This document shows positions 46,019 to 58,375 of a stretch of 64,000 bases of DNA, piece by piece; the first letter of the stretch is position 1, and each line of letters starts with the position of its first letter. The notes beneath the pieces were generated by a model. That model was not told the origin of the DNA, searched no databases, and saw only the letters and a list, made by a program, of their open reading frames with translations. Both the position numbers and the translations under genes were made by a program. The DNA comes from an uncultured Alphaproteobacteria bacterium. GTDB lineage: Bacteria > Pseudomonadota > Alphaproteobacteria > Rhizobiales > Xanthobacteraceae. The stretch spans positions 82,618-146,617 of the forward strand of contig CAWCEW010000015.1 of NCBI GenBank assembly GCA_963794665.1. The letters run 5' to 3'.

Positions 46019-48250
46019 ATGGCGGATCGTGGACAAGCTGTTGCTTCGGTTGAGGAAAGCACGTCGGAGGGCAGTCGTCCCGACGTTGCTCAACAGGCCA
46101 AGGATGAGGCGCCTCCGTCACTACGATCTCAACCGGCCCGTTTCATCAACCGCGAGCTGTCCTGGTTGCATTTCAATCGCCGCGTGCTCGAAGAAGCGGC
46201 AAACACACACCATCCATTGCTGGAGCGGGTGCGGTTTCTGTCAATCTCTGCCAACAACCTCGATGAATTCTTTATGGTGCGCGTGGCCGGCCTCAAGGGT
46301 CAACTGCGCGAGGGCATCCTCACCCAGAGTCCGGACGGTCTGACGCCGGCTGAACAGCTTTCGCGTATCGGTGAAGCGGTGTCGCAACTCGCGCGCGACC
46401 AGCAACAGCGCTGGATCGAGTTGCGGCCGGAACTTGCGGCCGCAGGTGTCGTTCTCGTTGACGGCAGCAATATCAAAAAATCGGACCGCAGCTGGCTTGA
46501 GGAGCGTTTTCTCACGCACATTTTCCCGCTGCTGACGCCACTCGCGATCGACCCCGCGCATCCGTTCCCCTTCATTCCAAATCTGGCTTTTTCCATCGCA
46601 TTGCAGCTTGCGCGCAGCAAGGACGGCAAAGCAATGAACGCCCTGATCCGCATCCCGCAAAAGATCGAGCGGTTCATCAGGCTACCAGGCAACAGTGATC
46701 AGGGAATCCGGCTGGTCACGCTGGAGGAGGCGACTACGCTGTTCATTGGCCGGTTGTTCCCAGGCTATACCGTCAAAGGACACGGAGCATTCCGCGCGAT
46801 CCGGGATTCCGAAGTTGAAATCGAAGAAGAAGCCGAGGATCTGGTGCGGCTTTTCGAGACCGCGCTCAAGCGGCGGCGGCGTGGTTCGGTGATCCGTCTC
46901 GAGCTTGAAGCGTCAATGCCCGGCGAATTGTGCAACTTCGTGCAGCGTGCCCTGGCCGTCGCCGACGACGAAGTGTTCCGGGTCGATGGCGTGCTGGCGC
47001 TGAACGACCTCAGTCAGCTGACAAAGCTCGATCGCCCGGACCTCGAGTTCGTCCCTTACAATCCGCGTTACCCTGAGCGCATCCGCGATCACGGTGGCGA
47101 TTGCTTCGCGGCCATTCGTCAAAAGGACCTCGTCGTCCATCACCCGTACGAATCCTTCGACGTGGTCGTACAATTCCTGCAGCAGGCCGCGCGAGATCCG
47201 AATGTCGTCGCCATCAAGCAGACGCTTTATCGGACGTCGGCAGAATCCCCGATCGTGAAGCAACTGGTCGAGGCCGCGGAAGCTGGAAAATCGGTGACTG
47301 CGCTGGTCGAGTTGAAGGCGCGGTTTGACGAAGAGGCCAATATCCGCTGGGCGAGGGACCTTGAGCGCGCCGGCGCGCAGGTCGTCTATGGCTTCATCGA
47401 GCTGAAGACCCATGCCAAGCTGTCGCTGGTTGTTCGCCGCGAGGCCGGCGAGCTTGCCACCTATGTGCATGTCGGCACCGGCAATTACCATCCAGTGACC
47501 GCGCGGGTTTATACCGACTTGTCCTTCTTTACTGCGGAGCCCGTGATAGGCCGCGACGTTGCGCGCATCTTTAACTACATCACCGGGTATGCGGAGCCAG
47601 CCGAACTTGAGCGGATGGCAATCTCGCCGATTAATTTGCGCAAGCGGATTCTGGACCACATTGCGCAAGAGGTTGCTCACGCGAAGGCAGGCCGACCGGC
47701 GTCAATCTGGATGAAGATGAACGCGCTCGTTGATCCTGGAATCATCGATGCCCTCTACGACGCATCGGCTGCCGGCGTTTCGATCGATCTCGTAGTGCGC
47801 GGAATTTGCTGCCTGCGGCCGGGTGTGCCCGGCCTGTCGGAGAATATCCGGGTGAAGTCCATCGTCGGCCAATTCCTCGAGCACGGGCGTATTTACTGTT
47901 TTGGAGCAGGCCATACGCTGCCGCATCCAAAAGCGGCGATGTACATCTCCTCGGCCGATATGATGCCACGCAATCTCGACCGGCGCGTTGAAGTGCTGTG
48001 TCCGATTCTCAATGCCACCGTGCACGAGCAGGTCCTCGGCCAGATCATGGTGGCGAATTTCAAGGACAATGAGCAAAGCTGGAAGCTCTTGCCCGACGGC
48101 AGTTCCACGCGCATAAAGGCGGCCCCGGGCGAAGAGCTCTTCAACGCCCACAAATATTTTATGACAAATCCGAGCCTTTCTGGCCGTGGGAAATCGCTCA
48201 AAGAGTCGTCGCCGCGCAGCCTTATACGCCGCCTCATCGAAGGCGCGTAA
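46019..48250 (+). CDS. ppk: Polyphosphate kinase 1
   Basis: [53 protein letters not shown]. Confidence 0.98.
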   Translation: MADRGQAVASVEESTSEGSRPDVAQQAKDEAPPSLRSQPARFINRELSWLHFNRRVLEEAANTHHPLLERVRFLSISANNLDEFFMVRVAGLKGQLREGILTQSPDGLTPAEQLSRIGEAVSQLARDQQQRWIELRPELAAAGVVLVDGSNIKKSDRSWLEERFLTHIFPLLTPLAIDPAHPFPFIPNLAFSIALQLARSKDGKAMNALIRIPQKIERFIRLPGNSDQGIRLVTLEEATTLFIGRLFPGYTVKGHGAFRAIRDSEVEIEEEAEDLVRLFETALKRRRRGSVIRLELEASMPGELCNFVQRALAVADDEVFRVDGVLALNDLSQLTKLDRPDLEFVPYNPRYPERIRDHGGDCFAAIRQKDLVVHHPYESFDVVVQFLQQAARDPNVVAIKQTLYRTSAESPIVKQLVEAAEAGKSVTALVELKARFDEEANIRWARDLERAGAQVVYGFIELKTHAKLSLVVRREAGELATYVHVGTGNYHPVTARVYTDLSFFTAEPVIGRDVARIFNYITGYAEPAELERMAISPINLRKRILDHIAQEVAHAKAGRPASIWMKMNALVDPGIIDALYDASAAGVSIDLVVRGICCLRPGVPGLSENIRVKSIVGQFLEHGRIYCFGAGHTLPHPKAAMYISSADMMPRNLDRRVEVLCPILNATVHEQVLGQIMVANFKDNEQSWKLLPDGSSTRIKAAPGEELFNAHKYFMTNPSLSGRGKSLKESSPRSLIRRLIEGA

Positions 48251-49764
48251 GCGTTCACACGCGATTATTCCGAAGGGCCGACTCGATCACGGGCCGCCGA
48301 TCGCCGTCATTGATATCGGCTCGAACTCGATCCGCCTCGTCATCTACGAAGGTCTGACGCGCGCGCCGACGCCGATCTTCAATGAGAAAGTGCTCGCCGG
48401 GTCTCGGACGGCAGGTCCAGTCGACCGGCTTGTTGCCGGCTGACGCCATCGAGACGGCGCTCGCCGCGTTGAGACGTTTTCGTGCGCTGTGCGATATTCT
48501 GCATGTTCGGCGCATATGGGCGATCGCGACGGCTGCATGCCGGGATGCGCGGAACGGGCGCGCATTCATCGCCGAAGCCGAGCGCATCTGCGGCACGCGC
48601 ATTTCGATCCTCTCAGGCAAGCGTGAGGCTCATCTCACCGCGCTTGGCGTCGTTTCCGGCATTCATAAGCCGGATGGTATCGTCGGAGATCTTGGTGGCG
48701 GATCGCTTGAGCTCGTCGATGTTCACGGCACGCGTGTGCGTGGCGGCGTGACTTTGCCATTGGGCGGGCTGGCCTTGCAGGACATCACCGGCAAATCGCT
48801 GAAAAAGGCGGAAAGATTCGTCGAAGAGGCCTTCGAGGACCTCGACATGCTGCACGATGGGGAAGATCGCACCTTTTATGCGGTCGGCGGCACCTGGCGC
48901 GCGTTGGCGCGCCTTCACATGTGGCAGACCGGCTATCCGTTCCACGTCATGCACAATTATCGGATTTCCGCGCGCGAGGCGCAGGAATTCTCGCGGCTGG
49001 TGCACCACGTCGATCCGGAGACACTGTCGAAGATCGAAGTCGTCAACGCCGCGCGCCGCCCGTTGCTCGCTTATGCGGCGCTGGTCATGGAAAATCTCGT
49101 CCACACCATCAAGCCGAAACAGGTGATTATTTCCGTGCTCGGTGTGCGCGAGGGTCTGCTCTATTCATTGCTTAATGCGCGTGAACGCGCGCGAGATCCA
49201 CTTATTTCGGCAGCGGCCAACCTCAACGTACTGCGCTCACGCTCGCCGCGGCACGGTGAGGAGCTGGTCGCCTGGACCGACCGCTTTATTGCGTCATCAG
49301 GCCTGGAAGAGACTGCGGACGAGCAGCGTTTGCGGCATGCCGCCTGCCTGCTCGGCGACATCGGTTGGCGCGCGCATCCGGACTATCGCGGCGAGCAGTC
49401 GATGAACATCATCGCGAATGGAGCTTTCGTGGCGATCGACCACCCTGGCCGCGCCTATCTCGCGCTGTCGGTGTACTTCCGCCATGCAGGTTTGAGCGAG
49501 GAGGACCTGTCGCCGCGGCTGCGCGAGCTCGCGACGACCCGGATGCTTGATCGTGCACGCGTGGTCGGCGCTGCCATGCGAGTTGCCTATATCCTGACGG
49601 CTGGGCAGGCCGGGGTGCTTCCAAAAACACCGATGCAGGTCAAACGCGGCAAGCTCGTTCTCAAACTGCCGGGTGCATACGGCGAGCTTGCAAGCGATCG
49701 GCTGGCCAGCCGATTGCGACAATTGGGACGGCTGGTCGGCCGCGAGTCGACGATAGAGACGTAA
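48186..49764 (+). CDS. ppx: Ppx/GppA exopolyphosphatase (start uncertain; frameshift near 48400)
   Basis: [34 protein letters not shown]. Confidence 0.93.
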
Positions 49765-49780
49765 TCCTGCCAGACGGTGC

Positions 49781-50929
49781 TTAGTCCTTTTCGACCGTCA
49801 CGACCTTTCCCTTGTCGACGGCGAGTGCCAGGCGCCCGTGCTTGAGCGCAAGCGCCTTTTCGCCGAACAATTCACGCCGCCAGCCTTTCATCGCAGGAAC
49901 GTCGGCCTCGTCGTCGGCGGCGATCCGGTCGAGATCGTCGACGGTCGCAATGACCTTGGCGGCGACACTGTGCCGTTCGGCGGTCATTCGCAGCAGAACC
50001 TTGAGCAACTCGACTGTTGCAGCGCCGTTTACCGCCGGACGGAAGCGTTCCAGGCGTGGCAGCGTCTTCTGATCTCGTTCAAGCCCGCGCTTGACCGCAT
50101 CAATGATCTGCTCGCCCCAACGCGAACGCTCGAAGCCCTTCGGCAGCGAGCGAAGTTGGCCAAGTCGCTCCGGCGTGGTCGGTGCCTGGACGGCGATGTC
50201 TCCGATGACGTCATCCTTGAGCACGCGCCCACGAGGCACATCCCGCGTCTGCGCTTCGCGCTCACGCCATGCCGCAATTTCGATCAATACGGCAAGCTCT
50301 TTCGGTTTGCGCACGCGACTTTTGAGCCGTTCCCACGCGCGCTCCGGGTCCGCCCGATAGGTGTCGGGCGAGGTGAGGACATCCATTTCGGCTTCGACCC
50401 AGCTGTTGCGGCTACGCTTCTCCAGGTCCTCGGTGAGTTTGAGGTAGACGGTGCGCAGATGAGTCACATCCGACAGCGCGTAAGCAATCTGTGCGTCGCT
50501 GAGCGGCCGGCGCGTCCAGTCGGTGAAACGGTGTGATTTGTCCAGTGTGTCGCCGGTAATACGCTGCACCAGCTGATCGTAGGAGATGGAGTCGCCATAA
50601 CCGAGGACCATGGCGGCGACCTGTGTGTCGACGATCGGGTGGGGGATCTTTTGTGCCAGATTCCAGACGATTTCGATGTCCTGCCGGGCGGCGTGAAATA
50701 CCTTGGTGATCTTCTCGTTCGCCATCAGTTCGAAAAACGGGGCGAGGTCGATGCTTTCGGCCAAAGCGTCGATCACGACGGCTTCGTCGGGTGAAGCCAT
50801 CTGCGCCACGCAAAGCAGCGGGTAATAGGTTGTCTCGCGGAGGAATTCGGTGTCGATCGTGACGTAGGGGTATTTCGCCGCCCGCGCGCAAGCCGCCGCA
50901 AGTTGATCGGTGGTGGTAATCAGGTCCAT
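49781..50929 (-). CDS. rnd: Ribonuclease D
   Basis: [36 protein letters not shown] domain. Confidence 0.96.
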   Translation of the reverse strand: MDLITTTDQLAAACARAAKYPYVTIDTEFLRETTYYPLLCVAQMASPDEAVVIDALAESIDLAPFFELMANEKITKVFHAARQDIEIVWNLAQKIPHPIVDTQVAAMVLGYGDSISYDQLVQRITGDTLDKSHRFTDWTRRPLSDAQIAYALSDVTHLRTVYLKLTEDLEKRSRNSWVEAEMDVLTSPDTYRADPERAWERLKSRVRKPKELAVLIEIAAWREREAQTRDVPRGRVLKDDVIGDIAVQAPTTPERLGQLRSLPKGFERSRWGEQIIDAVKRGLERDQKTLPRLERFRPAVNGAATVELLKVLLRMTAERHSVAAKVIATVDDLDRIAADDEADVPAMKGWRRELFGEKALALKHGRLALAVDKGKVVTVEKD

Positions 50930-50976
50930 TGCCGGGGTGACACTAACCCGATCAGGGTCCGTTATGGCAACCCGCT

Positions 50977-52599
50977 TCATATGCCGCGCACGCGAGGCAT
51001 GAATATGAATTCCCACGGGCTCGGCATGGCGCCGATCGGCACCTCAATGAGGGTGGGCTCCCGGCGAATGATTGATTCGCGCAAAGCCACGCGTAGTTCG
51101 TCGGGCCCGCGGGCACGCCGCCCGGCCGCGCCGAAACTTTCCGCATATTTGACGAAATCTGGATTGGCCAGATCGCAGGCGATCAGCCGGTTACCGAACT
51201 GCTCCTGCTGGATGCGACGGACATTGCCGAATGCGCCATCAACAAACACCAGCGCGACCAGTGGAATCCCGTGACGGATCGCGGTGGCGAGCTCGTTGCC
51301 GGTGTAGAGAAAGCCGCCGTCGCCATTGATCGAAAGCACCGGAACGTCGGTTCTTGCGTGTTGGGCCCCTAGCGCGGTCGCATAGCCCCAGCCGAGATTG
51401 TCCTGATAACCCGGCGAGAGGAATGTGCGCGGCTTGTAGACCGGAAAAGCGAGCCGTGCGGCAAAACCGACCTGCGTGACTTCGTCGACGTAGATGCCGT
51501 CTTCCGGCAGCTCGGCACGGATAGCTTTGAGGAAAGCAAGCTGTGGCGCGAGTTTCGCAAGACGCTGGCGTAACTTGGCCTGTCGCTCCAGCATTTCGTC
51601 GCGGCGTGATACGCGCCGGATATTGAACTTGACGAGCTCGTCAATCAACATGCGGAGGATCGGAGCAGCATCACCGACAAGCGCGACTTTCGGCTTGGTA
51701 ATCCGTCCGGGCTCTTCAGGGTCAGCGTCGACTCGTACGATCTGCAAAGCCTTGTCGATACCCCACTGGATCATCGGATTGAGGAGGCGCGTGCCGACGG
51801 CGAGCACGGCATCGGCCTCCGCCCATAATTCGTGGCCCAATGGCAGTGTCACGCTGAGCGGGTCTCCGCGAATCCAGCACGCCGCGGCCGCGGCGATAGG
51901 CGAGCACGGGCGCCTGCAACATGCTCGAGAGGAGCGTTATCTCAGGCGACGCATCTTGTGCTCCACCGCCAGCCACGATCAGTACGCGTTCTGCCTTGCC
52001 AAGAACCTTTGCCGCGACACGCACCTCGTCGACGTTTATCTTCGATGAACGCGGTGCCACGGGCCCGACGATCGCAGGCACCGGCGCACGTCTGCCCCAG
52101 ACGTCGATAGCGCATTCGATTGCTGCCGGACCGGGACGATCGTGAATCATCGATTGAATGGCCTTGGAAACTTTTAAGGACGCCTCGGCTGGACCGCGAA
52201 TGAAGAACGAATGATCGACAAGACGAGCCACAATTCCGGCCTGATCTCTGATCTCATGCAGATGACCGTGACGCTTTCCCAATTGCCGCCTCCGGGAATT
52301 TGCCCGATGAGCGCGAGCACCGGCGCGTTCATTCCATATGCCGTCAGCAGGGCAGCGCCGGAATTGAGCAGGCCAGGTCCGGGAACGACGGAGTAAGTTT
52401 GCGGCTTCCCGGTCGATAGTGCGGCGCCGAGCGCCATGTAGGCGGCGCCTTGCTCGTGGCGGGTATGGACCACGCGCAGGTTTTCGGAAGCGCGCTGGAA
52501 GGCATCGAATAGATGATCGTTGTGGATGCCGGGCAGGGCGTAGACGGTATCGAGCCCGTGCGCGATCAGGGTCGCTACCGCAGCCTCGGCGGTCGACAT
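50977..52599 (-). CDS. Thiamine-pyrophosphate-dependent enzyme (acetolactate-synthase-like superfamily; frameshifted)
   Basis: [37 protein letters not shown]-binding motif. Confidence 0.9.
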
Positions 52600-52828
52600 T
52601 TCGGTCGCCGCCGGGCGCGTCTTCTTTGTCTGTCTTTCTGGCTGTTGCGCATGCGTATCCGGTCACTTTAAAACCAACTGTGCAGGCCGCAGGCAAGCGT
52701 GTCGAGGCACCTGGCGCAAGCCATGATTTCGAGGTCGGTTGCCTTGACAAAGCCGACCCCTCATGCGCTTTTCGCCCGCTTCACACCGAGATTCTGACTC
52801 GTCCCCCGGCAAGCGCAAAGATCTGACA

Positions 52829-54625
52829 ATGCATCGTTATCGCTCCCATACCTGTGGCGCACTTCGCGAGAGCGATATCGGCAAGGTCGTGCGGCTTTCG
52901 GGCTGGTGTCACCGCATCCGCGATCACGGCGGCGTTCTTTTTATTGATCTGCGCGACCATTATGGGCTGACCCAGGTCGTTGCCGACCCGGACAGCAAGG
53001 CGTTCAAGCTGGCCGAGACGCTGCGCTCGGAATGGGTCGTGCGCATCGACGGCAAGGTGCGCAAGCGTCCGGCGGGCACCGAGAATCCCGGAGCTGCCTA
53101 CCGGGCAGGTCGAGATCTATATCGACGAAATCGAGGTGCTCGGCCCCGCGGCGGAACTGCCGATGCCGGTCTTCGGCGAGCAGGAATATCCGGAAGAGAT
53201 CAGGCTCAAGTACCGTTTTCTCGATCTGCGCCGCGAGCAATTGCACAACAACATCATGCTGCGCGGGCAGGGTCATCGAACTCGATCCGCCGGCGGATGA
53301 AGGAAGCGGGTTTTTTTGAATTCCAGACGCCGATCCTCACGGCGTCGTCGCCTGAAGGCGCGCGCGACTACCTCGTGCCCTCGCGGCTGCACCCGGGGAA
53401 ATTCTACGCGCTGCCGCAGGCGCCGCAGCAATTCAAGCAGCTGATCATGGTCGCGGGTTTCGACCGTTATTTCCAGATCGCGCCGTGCTTCCGCGACGAG
53501 GATGCGCGCGCCGACCGCTCGCCGGGCGAGTTTTATCAGCTCGACCTTGAGATGAGCTTCGTCACCCAGCAGGACGTTTTCGATGCGGTCGAGCCGGTGA
53601 TCCGCGGCGTGTTCGAGGAATTCGCCAACGGAAAACCGGTGACGCCGAAGTTTCCGCTCATTCCTTACGCCGACGCGCTGCGCAAATACGGCAGCGACAA
53701 GCCGGACCTGCGCAATCCGATCGTGATGCAGGACGTGAGCGAGGCGTTCCGCGGCTCTGGTTTCAAGATTTTCGCAAAGATCCTGGAGACTCCCGGAAAC
53801 GCCGTGTGGGCGATTCCGGCGCCGAAGGGCGGCAACCGCGCCTTCTGCGACCGCATGAATTCCTGGGCGCAGGGCGAGGGCCAGCCCGGCCTCGGTTACA
53901 TCTTCTGGCGCGAAGGCGAAGAGGGCGGCGCGGGCCCGCTGGCCAAAAATATCGGCCCGGAGCGCACCAAGCAGATCGCCGACCAGATGAAGCTCGGCAT
54001 CGGCGACGCCTGCTTCTTCGTCGCCGGCAAGCCGAAGGACTTCGTGAAATTTGCCGGGCCGGCGCGGACCAAGGTCGGCGAGGAGCTGGGGCTCATCGAC
54101 AAAGGCCGCTTCGAGTTCTGTTGGATCGTCGATTTTCCGATGTACGAGTGGAACGAGGAAGAGAAGAAAATCGACTTCTCCCACAATCCGTTCTCGATGC
54201 CGAACCTGCCGGTCGAGGAATTCCTCGCACTCGATGCCAAGGACAACGACAAGCTGCTGTCGATCAAGGCGATCCAATACGACATCGTCTGCAACGGCGT
54301 CGAACTGTCGTCGGGCGCGATCCGGAATCACCGTCCGGAGGTGATGAAGAAGGCCTTCGCGATCGCCGGCTACAGCGAGGATGTGCTCGAGACTAAATTC
54401 GGCGGCATGCTGCACGCGCTGTCGCTCGGCGCGCCGCCGCACGGCGGCATCGCGCCCGGCATCGACCGCATCGTCATGCTGCTCGCGGGCGAAGAAAATC
54501 TGCGCGAGGTCGTCCTGTTCCCGATGAACCAGCGCGCCGAGGATCTGATGATGGGCGCGCCGTCGGAAGCGACGCCCAAGCAGCTCAAGGAGCTGCACAT
54601 CAGGCTGGATCTGCCGAAGAAGTGA
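52829..54625 (+). CDS. aspS: Aspartate-tRNA ligase, probably non-discriminating Asp/Asn (frameshifts near 53090 and 53275)
   Basis: [51 protein letters not shown]. Confidence 0.98.
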   Translation: MHRYRSHTCGALRESDIGKVVRLSGWCHRIRDHGGVLFIDLRDHYGLTQVVADPDSKAFKLAETLRSEWVVRIDGKVRKRPAGTENPGAAYRAGRDLYRRNRGARPRGGTADAGLRRAGISGRDQAQVPFSRSAPRAIAQQHHAARAGSSNSIRRRMKEAGFFEFQTPILTASSPEGARDYLVPSRLHPGKFYALPQAPQQFKQLIMVAGFDRYFQIAPCFRDEDARADRSPGEFYQLDLEMSFVTQQDVFDAVEPVIRGVFEEFANGKPVTPKFPLIPYADALRKYGSDKPDLRNPIVMQDVSEAFRGSGFKIFAKILETPGNAVWAIPAPKGGNRAFCDRMNSWAQGEGQPGLGYIFWREGEEGGAGPLAKNIGPERTKQIADQMKLGIGDACFFVAGKPKDFVKFAGPARTKVGEELGLIDKGRFEFCWIVDFPMYEWNEEEKKIDFSHNPFSMPNLPVEEFLALDAKDNDKLLSIKAIQYDIVCNGVELSSGAIRNHRPEVMKKAFAIAGYSEDVLETKFGGMLHALSLGAPPHGGIAPGIDRIVMLLAGEENLREVVLFPMNQRAEDLMMGAPSEATPKQLKELHIRLDLPKK

Positions 54626-54639
54626 CGCGCAGTCGCGCG

Positions 54640-55560
54640 CTATTTGTCGGGCAACGGAATGAATTCGATCTCGTCGCCCGGTACCTTGTCGAAATGGCCG
54701 GCCTTCCAGTCCGCCTTGGCTTGCTCGATGCGCTCCTTGCGGGACGAAACGAAATTCCACCAGATGTGGCGCGGGCCATCCATCGGCGCGCCGCCGACGA
54801 TGACGAAATGAGTATTGTTGACTGCGGTGATGGTCACCGCGTCACCGGGCTTGAAAACCAGCAGCCGTCCGGGCTCGAACTTGTCGCCGGCGATATCGAC
54901 GACGCCTTCGATGATGTAGATTGCGCGCTCCTCGTGGCCCGCATCGAGCGGCAACGACGTGCCCGCCTTCAGATGCACATCGCCGAATATCGTCTCGTGC
55001 ACCGTCGGCACCGGCGATGACGCGCCATACAGCGAGCCGACGACCACACGCACGTTCTTTCCGTTCTCCTTGATGACCGGGAATTCGGCGGTTGCGTGAT
55101 GCGCAAAGCCGGCCTCCATCTCTTCCCTGGCCGCCGGCAATGCGACCCACATCTGCAGGCCGTGGATCGGCTCGCCGTCGACGCGCCGCTCTGGCCGCGT
55201 GCGCTCGGAATGCACGATGCCGCGTCCGGCGGTCATCCAGTTGACTTCGCCCGGCCTGATCGCCATGGCGGTGCCGAGGCTGTCGCGGTGCATGATCTCG
55301 CCGTCGAAAAGATAGGTCACGGTGGCGAGCCCGATATGCGGATGCGGCCGCACGTCGAGCCCGTTGCCTGCGTGAAACTCCGCCGGTCCGAAATGATCGA
55401 AAAAGATGAATGGGCCGACCATGCGTGTCTGGGCTGACGGCAGTGCACGCCGCACCGCGAAGTCGCCGAGATCGACTGTGCGCGGCACGATGACCTGGGA
55501 AATGGCGTCACATTGATATGCGTCGCCGGCGGCCGGATCCTTGCCCGGGAAGAAACTCAT
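54640..55560 (-). CDS. Pirin family protein
   Basis: [33 protein letters not shown]. Confidence 0.95.
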   Translation of the reverse strand: MSFFPGKDPAAGDAYQCDAISQVIVPRTVDLGDFAVRRALPSAQTRMVGPFIFFDHFGPAEFHAGNGLDVRPHPHIGLATVTYLFDGEIMHRDSLGTAMAIRPGEVNWMTAGRGIVHSERTRPERRVDGEPIHGLQMWVALPAAREEMEAGFAHHATAEFPVIKENGKNVRVVVGSLYGASSPVPTVHETIFGDVHLKAGTSLPLDAGHEERAIYIIEGVVDIAGDKFEPGRLLVFKPGDAVTITAVNNTHFVIVGGAPMDGPRHIWWNFVSSRKERIEQAKADWKAGHFDKVPGDEIEFIPLPDK

Positions 55561-55575
55561 GATCACTCCTATTCT

Positions 55576-56418
55576 TTACTCGCGCCGCAGTCCAAACAGC
55601 CGCAACGCGTTACCGCTTGCGATCCGCTGCGCTTGATCGGACGGAAGTTGGGCGAGCCATCCGCGATATTCCTTGAAGATCGTGTCGTAGCCGAACCAGC
55701 GCTCATTGATCCAGGTGTCGGAGCCGAGCAGGAACCGGTCGGAATAACGTGCAAATAGGTCGCGCCAATCGCTTGTCAACTTGCCGTCGCCGCCGGTGAT
55801 GCCGCCTCGGTATGAGAGCTCGCCCCAAAGTGCGTCCTTGTGCTCGTCGAGCAGCTCAGCCACGCGCGTAGGCGCTACCGAAAACCCGGTATGCGCCCAG
55901 ATGATCTTTGCCTTTGGATTGTGCCCGAACAGGATCAGCAGGGCCTCTTCGTCGCAGTGCGCATGCAGATACAGGTTACGCTCGACCGCGAAGTCGACCA
56001 TCTTCTTCACCCAGTCCGATTGGGCAGACTTTCCGTAGATATGGAATTCGCCGATCCCGCGGTAATAGCCGCGCGCATATTCTTCCTTGATGAGCTCGAA
56101 AATCGTTGGATCGTTGAACCAAGTCTGGATGTCGCTGCGCACGCGATAGGGCCGGATGAACGGCACGACCTTGAGCTCGGGCCACTTTGCGTCCACCAGT
56201 TCATGCGTGCCTTTGTTGGGCCGGCTGGTCGCGACGATGCCGGTGATGTCGTTGCGGCGGAATACGTCGCGCACCTGGTCGAGCGAGTAAAAAGGCTTGG
56301 GCTCCTGGTTGTAATGCAAATGCGCGTCGAAAATTTCGATCCGCTGCTGTGCCTGCGCGGAAAAAGGCCCGGTCGCTAAAGCGGCCAGTGCCACCATCCA
56401 CTTGAGACGCCGTGTCAT
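55576..56418 (-). CDS. Secreted amidohydrolase-superfamily (TIM-barrel) protein
   Basis: Signal peptide AQA, DAHLH, GIGEFH, HAH, WAHTG, LGSD. Confidence 0.85.
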   Translation of the reverse strand: MTRRLKWMVALAALATGPFSAQAQQRIEIFDAHLHYNQEPKPFYSLDQVRDVFRRNDITGIVATSRPNKGTHELVDAKWPELKVVPFIRPYRVRSDIQTWFNDPTIFELIKEEYARGYYRGIGEFHIYGKSAQSDWVKKMVDFAVERNLYLHAHCDEEALLILFGHNPKAKIIWAHTGFSVAPTRVAELLDEHKDALWGELSYRGGITGGDGKLTSDWRDLFARYSDRFLLGSDTWINERWFGYDTIFKEYRGWLAQLPSDQAQRIASGNALRLFGLRRE

Positions 56419-56474
56419 CGCAAATTCTCCGCTGTTCGATCGAAGCCAAGCCTACCTGACCGGGTCTTATGATT

Positions 56475-56553
56475 TTAACCCATTACTAACCATGGCGGCG
56501 TGGGCAGTGCTTTTTCGCGCATTAGCTGGGGTTACGCGCCCTTAAGCTTAAGG
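56475..56553. promoter_or_regulatory. Candidate CtrA-like site and perfect palindrome in a divergent promoter region
   Basis: TTAA-N7-CTAAC(CAT) at 56475-56490; CCTTAAGCTTAAGG at 56540-56553. Confidence 0.45.
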
Positions 56554-56618
56554 TTGTCTTTACGGCGGCATGGCTGACTGGCGAGGCACCAGGATGGGGC
56601 CCCCTGGCTGGAGGCGGG

Positions 56619-58244
56619 ATGGGGTTTTTTGCGCGCGGGGTTACGCGCCGGAATTTATTTGCGATCGTCGTCGGCGCCGTGCTCGCCGGTGGCCCGTTCA
56701 TCGCCTTTAATCTCTGGCTCGACAATCTCATAGAACGGCAGGGTCAGTCGGAGGTGAGTACGGCTGCCAGGCGTGCTATAGCGCTTGCCGAGGCGCGCGT
56801 CCGGGATGCGGTCGGAACGCTCGACACTCTGGCTTTGGCGGGCGTCAGCTCCTGCGATCAGCAGGATATGGAGGCGATGCGCCGTGCCGCCTTCAGCACG
56901 ATTCCTGTCAAGGAAATCGCCGTCATCGGCCCCGACGGCAAGACGCTTTGCAATCATCTCGGCCTGCCTCCCGGCGAGCGGGAGGTGGTCTCATCCGAGC
57001 CGTTGGTCGGTGCGGGCGAGATATCGCCTTGACATAATATCTCTGCCGGGCGGCGAGCGAATGGTGCGCTTGCGCCGTGATGTCGGCTCCGCTCACAACA
57101 GCATCAGTGCGCTGGTGCCGACGGTGTTGTTTTTGCCGCAGGTGTCGACGGGTGGTGGGCCTTTCAGCGGCTACGCGCGTATCGTGACCGCACAGGGCGC
57201 TACGATCGGGGAGGTCGGTGGCCGGATCAGCCGACAGCGAGAGCGCAAATTTCAGTGCCGACATAAGGTCGAACAAATTCGGTTTTGATGTCGAAGTCCT
57301 CAGTCCGAGAGCGCGGATCGAGGCAGAGCACGCCGACCTCAAATGGTTCGGTCTGTTTGCGGCCGGCATCATCATGATGACTGTCACCGGATTTGTGGTG
57401 CTGATCCCGCGCCGCGCGCCCCGAAACCCCGTGGCGGAAATCGAGCGTGCGCTCAAAGCGGGCGAATTCATCCCGTACTACCAGCCCATCGTCGACATCC
57501 GCTCGGGTCAACTGCGCGGCGCGGAAGTACTGGTTCGATGGCGCAAGCCGGACGGCACGCTTGTCCTGCCGGGTTCATTCATTCCGCTGATGGAATCGAG
57601 CGACCTCATCGACGATCTGACCCGTAGCCTGATGCGCAAGGTATGCATCGAAGTCGGCCCCGCGCTCGGGCGCCGGCCGGACCTGAGGATTTCGTTCAAC
57701 TTTGCAGGCAAGCTTTTCAGCGAGCCGTCAATCGTCAAGGATGTACGCGATATCTTTGTGAGCTCGCCGATAAAATTCTCGCAGGTCGTACTCGAAGTCA
57801 CCGAGCGCGATCCGATCGAGAATTTCACCGAAACCCGCCAGACCATTGCCGCCCTGCAAGGTCTTGGCGTTCGCATTGCAATCGACGACGTAGGCACCGG
57901 CCACAGCGGCCTTTCCTACATGCTGAAGCTCGGTGTCGACATCATCAAGATTGACAAGATGTTCGTCGATGCCATCGGTACTGATCGCAATTCGACGACC
58001 ATTGTCGAGACGCTTGTCGATCTCGCACGCAACATGCGCATGGATGTGGTTGCGGAGGGCGTCGAGAATTTCGAGCAGGTCATGCATTTGCGTACGCTCG
58101 GCGTGCGTGCGGCGCAGGGTTACGTCTTCGCACCGCCTTTGCCTGGAAGCTCGTTCCTGCAGCTCGTTGAAGCTCTCGACCCGTTACAACCGGCCGGACT
58201 CGAGTTCGGCGGCAGCCGCCGGACGCATGGCCGCATCCGCTTAG
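56619..58244 (+). CDS. Membrane-bound EAL c-di-GMP phosphodiesterase with CSS-type periplasmic sensor (frameshifted)
   Basis: TM, periplasmic domain with two Cys (VSSC, TLCNH), TM, then YYQP, EVLVRW, EVTE, DDVGTG, IKID, AEGVE, QGY. Confidence 0.9.
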
Positions 58245-58270
58245 GCAATGGTCGCAGCGGTGCGGACAAT

Positions 58271-58375
58271 GAAAAGGGGCGGCCTTGCGGCCGCCCAGTT
58301 AAAACGCCACGCGGGAGGAACCTCTGTTACGGGTCGGCAATGTTGATTCTGCCGGCCCACGTGACCGAATGTCGT
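58271..58375 (-). ncRNA. Candidate trans-acting small RNA
   Basis: Upstream TTGACG, 5' hairpin, single-stranded UUCCUCCC anti-SD motif, GC stem with GCAA tetraloop followed by CUUUUC. Confidence 0.55.
58272..58296 (-). terminator. Rho-independent terminator (may also serve the EAL gene)
   Basis: GGGCGGCC-GCAA-GGCCGCCC-CTTTT on the minus strand. Confidence 0.75.

Noticed and set aside
52600-52830. TPP riboswitch upstream of the TPP-dependent enzyme
   Set aside because: No CUGAGA-containing core. The region is short and holds a TTGACA promoter element for aspS.
2304-54625. Programmed ribosomal frameshifting or mass pseudogenisation
   Set aside because: Breaks fall at arbitrary positions with no common slippery motif and affect essential genes. 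Sequencing error is far more parsimonious.
53273-54760. 495-aa ORF antisense to aspS (likewise long antisense ORFs over panB, rpsF, mltG and pepA)
   Set aside because: Expected shadow of high-GC3 codon usage. No recognisable motifs or RBS.
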